Source: Malacoraja senta
Lineage: Eukaryota
Length of the DNA stretch: 64,000 nt
Assembly: GCA_038087875.1 (NCBI GenBank)
Contig: CM075988.1
Location: 10,232,001-10,296,000 of the forward strand
Direction of reading: 5' to 3'
Shown: piece by piece, positions 51,165 through 63,489 of the stretch
Layout of the letters: every line of letters begins with the position of its first letter
Numbering within the stretch: the first letter of the stretch is position 1
The notes under the pieces: model-generated
Told to the model about the DNA's origin: nothing
The model's input: the letters and a program-made list of their open reading frames with translations, nothing else
The model's database searches: none
Translations under genes and position numbers: made by a program

Positions 51165-51649
51165 CTGAAATTCATAATTTAGCTTCTTAAAGTAATTTGA
51201 TATAATCATCAAAATTTCCACAATGTCACTTGGTTTCTCGATTTAAATATATGACATTAATATTTGATAAAGGTTATGGTGGCTAGAAACAATACCGCCT
51301 TCCACAAGGAGAAGCATAGGGAATACTTGTCTGAATGCCATTCAGTGGCAAAAATAAAGTAACTCCAAATAATATTTTGTTTTGAGACATAAACATCACA
51401 TTCAGTGTGAAAATGGCATTATATGAGTCTACCTAATATAATAGCACCTTAGGCACCTGCATTTTGATGGGGAATATAGATGATTCAAGGCCCTATCTGC
51501 ACCTCTTATTTTGCTTGGACAGTTTGCAACCCAGCGGCATGAGTCTTGATTTCTCTAACTTCAAGTAACCCTTGCATTCCCTCTCTCTCTGTCCCTCCCA
51601 CACCCTTGTCCTCTTGCTAATTTTGCCATCTGTATCACCTTCGTTATCA

Positions 51650-51920
51650 CGGAGACGAGGAAACACTTTTTCTCACAGAGAGTGGTGAGTCTGTGGAATT
51701 CTCCGCCTCAGAGGGTGGTGGAGGCAGGTTCTCTGGATGCTTTCAAGAAAGAGCTAGATAGGGCTCTTAAAAATAGCGGAGTCATAGGATATGGGGAGAA
51801 GGCAGGAACGGGGTACTGATTGGGGATGATCAGCCATGATCATATTAAATGGCGGTGCTGGCTCGAAGGGCCAAATGACCTACTCCTGCACCTATTGTCT
51901 ATTGTCTATTGTTTATTGTC
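51650..51920 (+). mobile_element. CR1 3' end with (ctattgt)n tail, nested in a Penelope remnant (~51495-52575)
   Basis: Same family as 15203-15462. A second, shorter copy lies at ~52220-52368. Confidence 0.8.
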
Positions 51921-52752
51921 AGACTCCACAAAGTGGTGGAGTAACTCATCGGGTCTTTGAGTCTGAAGAAGTTTCGGGTCGGATCTGAAGAAGGGTCTCG
52001 ACTCGAAACGTTACCAATCCTTTTTCTCCAAAGATGCTACCTGACCCGCTGAGTTACTCCAGCATTTTATATTTATCTTCGATATATATCAGCATCTGCA
52101 TTTCCTTTCTACACCCCTTAAAGACCAGTCTGGTTGTCTTACAAGAGGTGGGGAGATATTAAATTAATATGTCTCATCCATTTTTACTGAGGACAAGATT
52201 ATGATTAAGACAAGATTAAGAAATAGCGGAATCAGGGGATATGGGGAGAAGGCAGGAACGGGTTACTGATTGGGGATGATCCGCCATGATCACATTAAAT
52301 GGCGGTACTGGCTGGAAGGGCCAAATGACCTACTCCTGCACCTATTGTCTATTGTCTATTGTCTATTATCACGTCCCTAACCAACAATGGACCATTGTGG
52401 CCTCTACCTCTCCCGAGTTATCGATGCAGACTCTGCATTGTTCTGTACATTTCCATACCTTCCGTGTCTGACTCTCAGTCTAAAGCAGGGTCTCGACCCA
52501 AAACGTCACCTATTCCTTTTCTCCAGAGATGCTGCCTGACCCGTTGAATTACTCCAGCATTTTGTGTCTATCTATCTGCTCCAAATGTTCAGCGAGCAAT
52601 TCTTCCACATAAACCTCAGCGAGGGATGTGATGAATGGTTAATAACATTTAAAAAAAAATCATTATGCCATCACAATGGCAGATGTTATAATAATTTTTC
52701 TTTTGATTTCCAACTATATCTTGCCTTTGTCACTGAGTCCAAAGGTGCATCT

Positions 52753-53345
52753 TTTTTTTTTTTTTTTTATTTTTTTTTTTTTTTTTTTTTTTTATTTTTT
52801 TTTTTTTTTAAGAAAGAAAAAGAAAGAAGTAAGAAAAGTGAAGAAAGTGCGCAAAGGTTGTGAAGTGCAAAAGAGTGTTGGGAAAAGAAAGCCCCTTAGA
52901 AAAGAAGTTAGAGAAGGAAGTAAAGTTAGAAAATAGACCCTAGAAAAGAAAGAGAAAGAAAGAAGGAACAATCGCTCTATTATAACTCTTATAACATACT
53001 TCATAGAGAAGGAACTACCAACCAAGTCTGTTTTTGTTTTACCTCCCATTACCAGGTCCAGATACCTTTTATTTATTTATTTGTTTTTCTAAATTACTAT
53101 TGCACCTCATGCTTGTAATAGGTCCAAAAACGTAGACCACGTCTTTTGAAATTGGTCTACTTTGCCTACTAGGAGGAATCTCATCTCTTCCAGATGTAAT
53201 GTTTCCAACATATTTGATGTCCACATTTTTATTGTTGGTGTGGGCGCATTTTTCCAGAATTTAAGTATAAGCTTTTTTCCCATTATTCGCCCATAATTGA
53301 GTAAATTCTTCTGATACACGTTTAATTCAGGAATACCTTCCGATA
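52753..53345 (-). mobile_element. 5'-truncated L1 insertion with long poly(A) and perfect TSD
   Basis: T-tract 52752-52809. 15-bp TSD tccaaaggtgcatct at 52738-52752 / 53346-53360. ORF2 C-terminus GKKLILKFWKNAPTPT...LHLEEMRF...FQKTWSTFL. Confidence 0.9.
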
Positions 53346-53679
53346 TCCAAAGGTGCATCTAATGGCTATGGGTCTCCACATTAAATTGATGAAACATGCC
53401 AATCCACAATCCTTTGTGATCTCTCCTTTGAAGCATGTCTGTTGATCTCATTTCCAATAGCCAAGTCACGTTTTTTGTTGCACAGCAGGGTAACAGGCCC
53501 TTCAACCCATATTGTCTGTGCTTACCATCAGCTATCCATTTAGATTAATCCTACTCTAATTCCAATTTAATCCCCATACATTCCCATCAACTCCTGCTCC
53601 CCAACCCCAATTCTACCACTCACCTACACAGTAGACAACACACAATGATTAATTAACCTACCAATAATGAGATATGGGA

Positions 53680-54175
53680 TATAAACAGTACAGTACTGGA
53701 ATGGGCTCTTTGTCCCACAATGTTTGTGCCGAACATGATGCCAAGTTAAACTGATCTCAACTGCCTGTACATGATCCATATCCCTCTATTCCCTGCACTT
53801 CCATGAGCCTATTTAAAAGCCTCATAAATACCACCATTGCATCTACCTTCACCACCACCTAATGTGTTCGAGGCACGCACCACACTCTGTGTAATAATTT
53901 TTTTTTTAATGTGCCCTGCACATCTTCATTAAAAGTTTCCCCTCTTACCTTGAAGCTATGCCCTCTAATATTGAAAATGTCCACCCTGCGGTAGAAAGGA
54001 TCTGACTGTCTACCCTCTCTATGTCTCTCATAACTTTATATACTTTTTCGTCTCGCCTCAACCTCCGATGTTCCAGAGAAAACAATCCAAGTCCATCCGA
54101 CCTCTCCCTGTAATCCATGCAGCATTCTGGTAAACCTCCTCTGCATCCTTTCCGAGGCCTCCACATCTTCCCATG
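53680..54175 (-). mobile_element. CR1 3' fragment
   Basis: DVEASERMQRRFTRML / LGLFSLEHRRLR remnants. Confidence 0.8.
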
Positions 54176-55012
54176 GCCACGTCCATGTTATAAGGAGATA
54201 TGAAAGAAGAGCAAGTCCACGAGTGAGACAATGACATTGCATTCCTGTAATGGTTGACCAGAACTTCCAGCGACACTCCAAATGTCAACTTCTGTGGAGG
54301 TGCATCAAGGACCCTGGGCCTCATTTTCCAAGGGCATTTGTCCTAATTTTTCTTTGAGTATAAAACTGGATTAAAAAGCTTACCCTAAAGCCTCCGAATC
54401 GTTTTACGTACCTAGAAAATTAAGTGCATCCTTCAGTGAAAACGTTATGGCAGTAAAATTGCACCATCATACTGACAGTTTAATTATGCTGATGTCAGCA
54501 CGCCTTTAGTGTTCTATCAGATATTTTTCATACATTATTACAACACTTTAAAATAGAAATGTAAATTTATGGAAAGCAGTATTTGCATGATTTGCATCAC
54601 ATTTCCACTCCACAGTTCTCTTTTTTTTTTAACTTTCCAGAGTTTTCAAGATTAAATATCAATTCAGTTGTTACGGCTTCAAACTTTAAAGGAAAACTTG
54701 TCTAAACTTACTGCATTACTATAAGATTCAAACCCACACCAGAGAAAGTGAATGATACAAAGATAGCTCCCACATGTAGTCTTATCTTCAATTTTAATTT
54801 CCTTTTCTCTGTTCCTTTTTTTACGATACCCAGGGTGCTTAGTAAATCAGATTTATGAAAAAGAAATTGTGTTTGATAAATTTGCTGAAATTTTTAAAGG
54901 TTGTAACCAGCAGAATGTATGATGAGGGACTAGCGCATAGCTTACTAATGGTGATATTCATTTGACAGCAAGATCAAAATTCCCTCCCACAGACTTCAAA
55001 GGCAGTCAATAG

Positions 55013-56050
55013 TTTATTTTAGCGATACAGTCCGGAAACAGGCCCTTCAGCCCATCGGGTCCATGCCAAACAGCACACTAACGCTATCTTACACACGAGC
55101 GACAATTTATAATTATACCAAGCCAATTAACCAACAAACCAGTATGTCTTTGGAGTGTGGGAGGAAACCGGAAATCCTGGGGAAAACCTACACAGGTCAT
55201 GGGGAGCACGTGCAAACTCTGTACAAACAGCAACCATAATTAGGATTGAATCCGGGTCTCTGGCGCTGTAAGGCAGCAACCCTACTGCTTCACCACCGGG
55301 CCACCCGAGGATACCATGTAATAGGTTCTGCAAAATATATGCATGGATTTGAGGTTCACATGCGGTTAATGTACAGAACACAGAGAACAGCAATACATGT
55401 ATTATTTGTATGTTGCAGTCTGCAACAAGACTTGCATCTTAACCACTTACTATCTATATCAATGACATTGGTTAAGGGACGGATTGTAATGCATCCACCT
55501 TTGCTGACAATAAAAAAAAAAAAAAGATGGCACAGTGGTGCAGTTAATAGAGCTGATCCCTTACATCTCCAGTAACTCAGGTGCAATCCTGACCTCTGGC
55601 TTTGTCTGTGTGGAGTTTACAAGTTCTATCTGTGAATGTTCAAGTTTCCTCATCTGCTCCAGTTTCCTCCTAGGTTCCGAAGATGTGCAGGTTGGTAGGT
55701 TGTGCCATAATGAACTAGCCCCTAGTGTACAGATGAGTGGCAACATCTAGAATTGTTCATTGGATTGCAGAAATAATCAGTGATGCAGCAGAGGAGTTGC
55801 TGCCTTAGAGCACCAGAGACCCAGGTTCGATCCTAACTGTGGGTACTGTCTGTACGGAGTTGTATGTTCTCCCTGTGACTGCGTGGGTTTTCTTCAGGTT
55901 TCCTCCCCACTCCAAAGATGTACAGGTTGGTAGGCAGCACTAAAAATTGAAATTGTCCCTAGTGTGTAGGATACTACTAGTGTAGGGGGAGATCGATGGT
56001 CATGGCAGACTCGGTGGGCTGAAGGACCAGATTCTGTGCTGTATCTCTGA
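55013..56050. mobile_element. Cluster of three V-SINEs (55013-55302 minus; ~55527-55745 and ~55780-56050 plus)
   Basis: Heads, V-domains and tails as in the other copies. Confidence 0.75.
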
Positions 56051-57648
56051 AGACTTATTGTTCATGTCTATGCTCTGACACAAGAGTGTCACTCATCTCT
56101 GAGCGCAGGGCTGTGCTACACACCTTGGGTAACCTTATCCTGTCCAATAAAGGGGAGAGGGTTTGCTCCGAGTACCAGCACGGGCATGATTTATCGAATG
56201 TTCCTCTTCAATCTACAAGGAAATATGAATCTAGCAGGGCACAGTCATGAGGTTTGTTTATTTTGTTTATCTGATGACCATGTGCAGATAACTACTGAGT
56301 GGCCTTTATTAGTTGTTGAACCTCTTGAAGGAAGATATTGCTTGGACTCGCAGCACAAAGTTATATACACACTTACATTGTAGTTTTCTCTAAAATCAGG
56401 ATTAATAATTGCCAGAACAATAAAGAGCCTTGACCAAACTCAGAGTGCATTCCCCCGGGCTCTGACAGTATCAATCCCCTTTCCAATCTTCCTGCAACTC
56501 CCTGTTTTCTGCTGTGCCCCCTTCCTTCCTGGACTTTGTGAATAGCCCAAGCTATAGTCCACTAACTGAGGGGAGCAATCCCCCTTTCATAACTGGCCAA
56601 ATATGGCAAAATAATCTCCAGTAAATGCTCTTCCTCCTGCTTAAGTTCAAGTAACATTTATTGTCACATGTACCAATTGGTACAGTGAGATTTGAGTTAC
56701 CATACAGCCATAAGAAGAAAAATAACACAATACACAATAGTTTAACATGAACACAGCGCAATCCACGTTTCCCACTGTGAGTGAAGGCAATAAAGTTCAG
56801 TCAGCTTCCTCTTAGTTCACCCGTGGTCAGGGCCTTTGAGCCCTCCGCAGTCGCCGCTACGATGGCCCGATGTTCAGGCCCTCTCGCCGGGATGATCTGA
56901 GCTCCGGCGTCGGAACGAAAGAACACCCTCAGCGGCTTGGAGTTTCCAAATCGGCCGCTTCCTAACGGAGACAGCGGCTCCCGAAGTCCACAGATGATTC
57001 TAAATTTTACCACAAACATATCTTCATCTCCTTCCTGAACTAGCATGCCCATGTTCTCCAGAGATGTAGCGTTCCTCCAGCACTTTGCGTCCTTTTTTTT
57101 TTAATGTTTAATGCCTTCATAGATTCAGCTCCTCCCCATTTGCTATAATCATTTTTATTCCTAAAATTCTGACAATGCTTTCTTCAATGTTGGTTCCTGT
57201 GCATTCCCTGTACTCTGTGGACCTAACTTACCAGTATTGCTTCATGTTGTGGAAAACCAGAGCTCTAGAATTCCCTGCCGAAGTCACTCTACCTCTCCGG
57301 GGACTCTGTTTAAACGCCTATTAACCAAGCTGTTAGTTACTCCAGCTCTCTCCTTTTTCAGTGTCAGTTTGTGTCTGATTATGCTGCTGTGCATTGTCTC
57401 AAATGTATTTATTTGTTAAAGGTGCTAATTAAAACCATTTATTTATGTGATTTTAACATAATGAGGAGGCTCAGGAACTGTCAATTTTCCATACCCATCT
57501 CTGGTTCCAATTTTATGACCCTACTAATTGCACTGCTCCTTTATCCTAATACAGCACAAACAAGGGATCTTTTTATATATGACTCCCTGATTCCTACTTA
57601 ACTAATCAAATCTTCAGGTTTCAATAGAAATGATTCATTTAACAATGG

Positions 57649-57849
57649 AAGGTACACAAAAATGCTGGAGAAACTCAGCGGGTGCAGCAGCATCTATGGA
57701 GCGAAGGAAATAGGCAACGTTTCGGGCCGAAACCCTTCTTCAAACGTTGCCTATTTCCTTCGCTCCATAGATGCTGCTGCACCCGCTGAGTTTCTCCAGC
57801 ATTTTTGTGTACCTTCGATTTTCCAGCATCTGCAGTTCCTTCTTTAACA
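57649..57849. mobile_element. Young palindromic Penelope-terminus derivative with perfect TSD
   Basis: Perfect ~75-bp inverted arms 57648-57722 / 57742-57816. 13-bp TSD catttaacaatgg at 57636-57648 / 57850-57862. Confidence 0.9.
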
Positions 57850-57968
57850 CATTTAACAATGGGGTTGGATTTGAAAAGAACTTCTTGGGTGGACCAGCAT
57901 GATATTATGTGATACGTACATACCAGCTTCAAAAAGCACTATAAAGATTTGACATTAATCATGTTAGT

Positions 57969-58075
57969 TGACAAAAATGCTGGAGAAACTCAGCAGGTGA
58001 GGTAGCATCTATGGAGCGAAGGAATAGGCGACGATTCGGGTCGAGATCCTTCTCCAGACCGTTACCACAGCCACG
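57969..58075 (-). mobile_element. Single-arm Penelope-terminus derivative with TSD
   Basis: 14-bp TSD ttaatcatgttagt at 57955-57968 / 58076-58089. Confidence 0.8.
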
Positions 58076-58537
58076 TTAATCATGTTAGTAGTCATTTGGA
58101 GTAGCTGCACTTTGAGGCAAGTTGTCTAAAGTCCTCTTCAAACTAGGCTGGCTGAAACTGCTAAGTATCAGGTCTTTAGCCTATTGATTACTGAATCACC
58201 CTAATCGAACCTGCCTACTTGCCCTGTGCTCTAACTGAAACAGGTTTGCCAAACAATTATCAACAAAATAGACAGGCCAGCAGCAAAGATAAGGAAAATT
58301 CCCATGAGGCGCCTTTAAAATTGAAGATACTGACAGAGATAGATTGTGATACAACAGAAAATAAGAGCACTGAAACTCATATTCTTGCAAATATTTTAAG
58401 GGAATACCCAATCTCCAATATTACACTTTTTTATCCCTTCATTTTATAATGGTTTGAATTGAATTGAAAGGAACGATGTGAAATAGGCCCTTTAGCTCAT
58501 CGTCCACACCAATCATCGATCATCCAATTCACATCAG

Positions 58538-58945
58538 TTCAAGAGTATCTTATTGTCATATGTACTAAAACAGAACAATGAAATTCTTACAGAATGCAGT
58601 GCAACAGGTTTTTAAACACAGTACTCAATAGATAATATAACAAATAAACATTATAAAAAAAGTTTAATGAATTAAAACACCCAACGGTGCAAAAAACAAA
58701 ACAATCCCCAAAGTCGCTAGTGCAGTCGAGACGAGTCATAGTTCGGAGTTTACTTGAACTTCTCCCTATCAAAGCGTGCATTGAACGCATTGATCTCATC
58801 CTGGAGTAATGTCTCTTTTCAGCTGCCACTTGATTTGGCCTTGTAGGAAGTGATGGCGTGCAAGTCCTGCCACTGCTGCTGAGCATCTGTCTTATTCTTC
58901 AGTTTCCAGTGAAAGAGCCCTTTTGCCTTTTTGATGGCCTTATCA
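58538..58945 (-). mobile_element. Internally deleted Rex1/Babar derivative nested in a V-SINE
   Basis: PDEINAFNARFDRE-type remnant joined to a Rex1 3' UTR. The SINE continues at ~58950-59190. Confidence 0.65.
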
Positions 58946-60799
58946 AAATCATTTTTTTATCCCACTTTCCAGTCCACTCTCTGCACATTACGGACAATTT
59001 GCACAGGCCAATTTTACTTACAAACCTGTATGTTTTAGGCTATGGGAGGAAACTGGAGCACCCGGTGTGAAACCCAAGCAATCACAGGGAGAATGTGCAG
59101 ACTCCACACAAACAACACAAACACACAGAGAGTACATGAAGTCAGGATCAAACCCAGATCTCTGGTGCTGTGCAGCAGCAGATCTACCACCCTGAAAAGC
59201 CCAATTGAAATGTCTTGGCATGTTTAACTAATTTTAAAGCAGAGTTTAGAAATTGAAGAATGTCATTCAGTCCCTCTAACTTGTTCCATAGTTCAAAGAG
59301 CATTGTTAATCTCTACCTTCAGTCCAAATGCTTGATACCGATGGTGATTTTATTGTCACATGTGCAAATGCACAGTGAAATTTTCTTACAAACATTCTAG
59401 TATAGTATTGCCATATCTAAGCACATCCCAATTAGTAACTCGTACAGAAATATTCCACTGATCCTGCATGTAAAAGGCACCATGTTTTGGCACCTTATGA
59501 CCACTCAGCAGGTCAGGCAACATCTGTGGAGGGAATGGACAAGACTGTTTTTGGTGAGGTCATTTCTTCGGACTCCTGAGAGGTATCATATAGAAACACG
59601 CCCTTTGTTCCTCTAAGACCATTTATACTCATTCTCCATTAATCACATTGCTTATTCATCCCATATTATCATTAATATCCCACCCCTCAATATTTTACAA
59701 CTCATCTACAACTTAGGGGGAATTTACAAAGGCCGACTCACCTACCAATCTGCACATCTTTGTGATGTTGGAGGAAATCGGGGCACCTGGAGGAAACCCA
59801 GCCAGTCACAGAGGGAACAAGCAAACTCTTTGCCTCTGGTATAGTTGGGCAGGAACCAGCCACGACCATTGAGCATTGACTCATGAACACTGGGCTCCAG
59901 GCCAATAAACTGAGGAGAAGATCAAGCAGTGAGCAAACTGGAAAATGTTTCCCAGATCAAGCTTAACATTTTGTTTATTAAGGTTCCAGTAAAATGGTTA
60001 AAAATAGAACATGTAGCGTTTAGTCCAAGCCATATGGCAGCACATTTCAGCTTCTGATCAGGGTATGTACTTAACGTATACCTAAATTTGAACTTGGAAA
60101 TTGTAAATTTGTAGAGACAGTTCAAGATTCCCTCATAAAATGATTGTAACTGTAAACATTTGCATAACTCTCAGCATAATCTGTGTAATAAAAGTGTTTA
60201 TTTCATATTTGAGCATTCAAAATATTAATTGATGTATTAAACAATGGAAATCAAAGTGAAAATGGATTTACCACATGTGTGCGACACCACTAATGTAGAC
60301 TATAAAATACAAAGCAGAACCATTTACCCATTGTAATCATGTGCATGAGTCGGTAAATTTATGTAGTCTTAATATTAATTTATTTTAAATTTGTACCTAG
60401 TAAATAAGCCTGATTACTTGATGAGATATTTGTCCTATGAAATGGCCTGACCAGCTATTCAAGTTGTAAAGGGTTATAAATGCCAGCCATTGTCAGCAAC
60501 AATGATAAAGAAAGGACTGAGTGCGTCTACATGGAATGGATTCACCTGCTACTCCACTGTAGGCCCGAGACTATGGTTGCCAACACACGACTGCCTCAAG
60601 TTTCAAATGGCTGTGATTCTGATTAGAGTTATTGATACCAGTTAACAAGATTCATCCCCCACAATGTTACATTGTAAGCATCAAATGCAGCAGACCAGGA
60701 ATCTATTCCTCATTGCAATTAAAGATTGCAATTGTTTATATTTGTCAGTTCTGACCTAATGCTACAGGAAACTGTAAATTATCAGCAGATAGCCGGGTA

Positions 60800-61017
60800 G
60801 GACGGCATGGTTGCCCAGCGGTAGATGTGCTGCCTTACAGCGCTTACAACGCCAGTGACCCGAGTTCGATCACGCCAATGGGTGCTGTCTGTACGAAGTT
60901 TCCTCCCACACTCCAAAGACGTACAGGTTTGTAGGTTAATTGGCCTAAATGTTAATGTGCAAGGATCGGTGTGGACTTGGTGGGCTGAGGGGCCTGTTTC
61001 CATGCTGTATCTCTAAA
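60800..61017 (+). mobile_element. HE1-like V-SINE, internally deleted
   Basis: Head, partial V-domain and tail. Confidence 0.75.
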
Positions 61018-61777
61018 AAAAATAGCAGTACTGGGAATTAAGTTTTCACTACCTTTGCTTGTAACAATTTCTGGCTGCAAAATAAATTGTGCTGTAAAAG
61101 GCCTGGAATTTCAATCATAGGACTCTTTGCAGCAGAATGCAATTGATTTTTTTTTCCATGGTAAACCTCAATATTCAGCATTTTGGGTAATTTGTGTCAC
61201 TTGGAAAATTGGACTGGGCACTTGGTGCATTGAGGCACTAGGGTTGCAATAGATGATATCATTCTTTGTCCAATTCTTCCCTTCAAGTACCACAGGGGAG
61301 TGTGTGGTCTTCCATTTGCTTCTCACTCGGAAGTACAAAGGCAACATTTGTTTTTTACTTACTGGGATGCATGCAAATTACGATTTGAACCCTCAATGAT
61401 TAAATTTGGGGTACGTTATTGCCACATATGCCTAGGAATAGTGAAATTCTTTGTTTTTGCATACAATCTGGTCAAATCATACAGCATACCTCACCAAGGC
61501 AGTATACAAAGAGACGCCACATTTTTGGCACTGACGAAGTTACAAAGTTAAACAAACAGTTTTATTTTCTTGCAGCGGAGAACCTGGCCTGCACTGCAAG
61601 TGGCAACAGACGGCTCCCATGGCCAGGTTCCTGTTGTTCCCATACACTCACATCGGCGCCCTCTTTGCAGGTCCTCCCTCTCTCTTAACAGGCCCCCCCG
61701 CTGTGTTTCTCTCGGCGGCGCGGGTCCCACTTAACTCAAGGCGGTGCTGGTCCCCCTATGCTCACGAAGGCCCCCTC

Positions 61778-62110
61778 TTTTTTTGTTTAACCAAAACTAG
61801 ATTTATTCAAATATTTATAATACTATTGACAATACCAAATAATTCAAATACAAAACCCGCCACCACAATACAAGTAAACCAAATGTTCCTTCATTAACTA
61901 TTTCCCCATCTTTATTAAGGAAGCATTCCACCCTCTGCGGTTCCCAGCGGTCTTGGAATAAACTGCCATAGCGCCCGTGGACAGCGTGTAGTCCCTCTCT
62001 AAAACCACCCAAGTGCAGACGTAACCCCCAGAAAAGGGGCAGGCAGCCGGCTCAGGCAGACCTCTCTTCCGCCTGGCGCTGTGACTCGCGGATGGCAGCT
62101 TGGCGATGGC
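61778..62110 (-). mobile_element. L1-Tx1-clade LINE 3' end
   Basis: Decayed AKL..ESQRQAEE...LF.GYVCTWVVLERDYTLSTG resembles the Tx1 ORF2 C-terminus. AATAAA and an A-tail follow at ~61778-61807. Confidence 0.65.
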
Positions 62111-62421
62111 CCCTTCCTTGCTGGTCCTTCCTTGCTCTCGGCAACCAGCCCGCATCTCAGGAGACTTCTGCCACCGAACAACGCCTCTCAGATTCCGTGT
62201 CGTGCGAGCCAGGCCTGAGGATGGGATGCGGCCGCAGCTCACCGGGATTCCCTTCACCGCAAGCAGCGTCTACAACATTGCACATGCCAATATCCAGAGT
62301 AACCACAAACCCAGCCTGCTAGTCCCTGTAACACCCCTGGATAGACAATCTCCTGGCCTCAATTCCCCAACCTGCCCATCCCCCATGGCAGTAGTGCAGG
62401 AATCCAAATACTCCCCTTCAC

Positions 62422-63325
62422 ATGTGGGAGATCAGGGATATTGTCGGTGTTCCTGGTGACTACTTGTGCAGGAAGTGTGTCCAGCTGCAGCTCCTGGCAG
62501 ACCGCATTGAACGGTTGGAGCTGCGGTTGGATTCATACTGGAGCATCCATGATGCTGAGAAAGTCGTTAATAGCATGTACTGTGAGTTGGCCACACCGCA
62601 GGTAAAAGTTAAGCGGACAGAAAGGGAACGGGTGGCCACTAGCCTGCGTAGCAGTAGGCAGGTAGAGCAGGAGTCCCCTGCGGTCATCTCCCTCCTAAAC
62701 AGATACCATTTTGGATACTGTTGGGGGAGATGGCTCATCAGGGGAAGGCAGCAGCAGCCAAGTTCATGGCACCGTGGGTGACTCTGTGGCACAGGAGGGG
62801 AGGAAAAAGAGCGGAAGGGCGATAGTAATAGGGGATTCAATTGCAAGGGGAATAGATAGGTGTTTCTGCAGCCGCAAACGAGACTCCAGGATGGTATGTT
62901 GCCTCTCTGGTGCAAGGGTCAGGGATGTCTCTGAGCGGCTGCAGAACATTCTGGAGGGGGAGGGTGAACAGCCAATTGTCGTGGTGCACATTGGCACCAA
63001 TGATATAGGTAAAAAGCGGGATGAGGTCCTACAAGGTGAATTTAGGGAGCTAGGAGATAAACTTAAAAGCAGGACCTCAAAGGTAATAATCTCTGGATTA
63101 CTACCAGTGCCACGTGCTAGTCAGAGTAGAAATAGGAAGATATTTCAGATGAATACGTGGCTTGAAAAATGGTGCAAGGGGGAGGGATTCAAATTTCTAG
63201 GGCATTATAACCAGTTCTGGGGGAGGAGGGACCAGTACAAACAGGACAGTCTGCACCTGGGCTGGAATGGAACCAATGTCCTTGGGGGAGTGTTTGCTAG
63301 TGCTGTCGGGGAGGATTTAAATTAA
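62422..63325 (+). pseudogene. CR1 LINE ORF1 (zinc-finger/coiled coil plus SGNH esterase), frameshifted near 62707
   Basis: MWEIRD..PGDYLCRKCVQLQLL..IERLE, then AIVIGDSIARG, VVVHIGTNDI and DSLHL in a shifted frame. Confidence 0.88.
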
Positions 63326-63489
63326 TGTGGCAGGGGGATGGGAGCATGAGCAGAGAGACAGAGGGGTGTAAAATGAGGGTAGAAGCAATAGGTAGCAAGG
63401 TGAAAAGTAAAAGTGGCAGGCAGACAAATCCAGGGCAAAAATCAAAAAGGGCCACTTTTCAACATAATTGTATAAGGGGTAAGAGTGTT

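Noticed and set aside
52676..53049. Poly-Phe/Lys ORFs
   Set aside because: Translation of the L1 poly(A) tail and 3' UTR.
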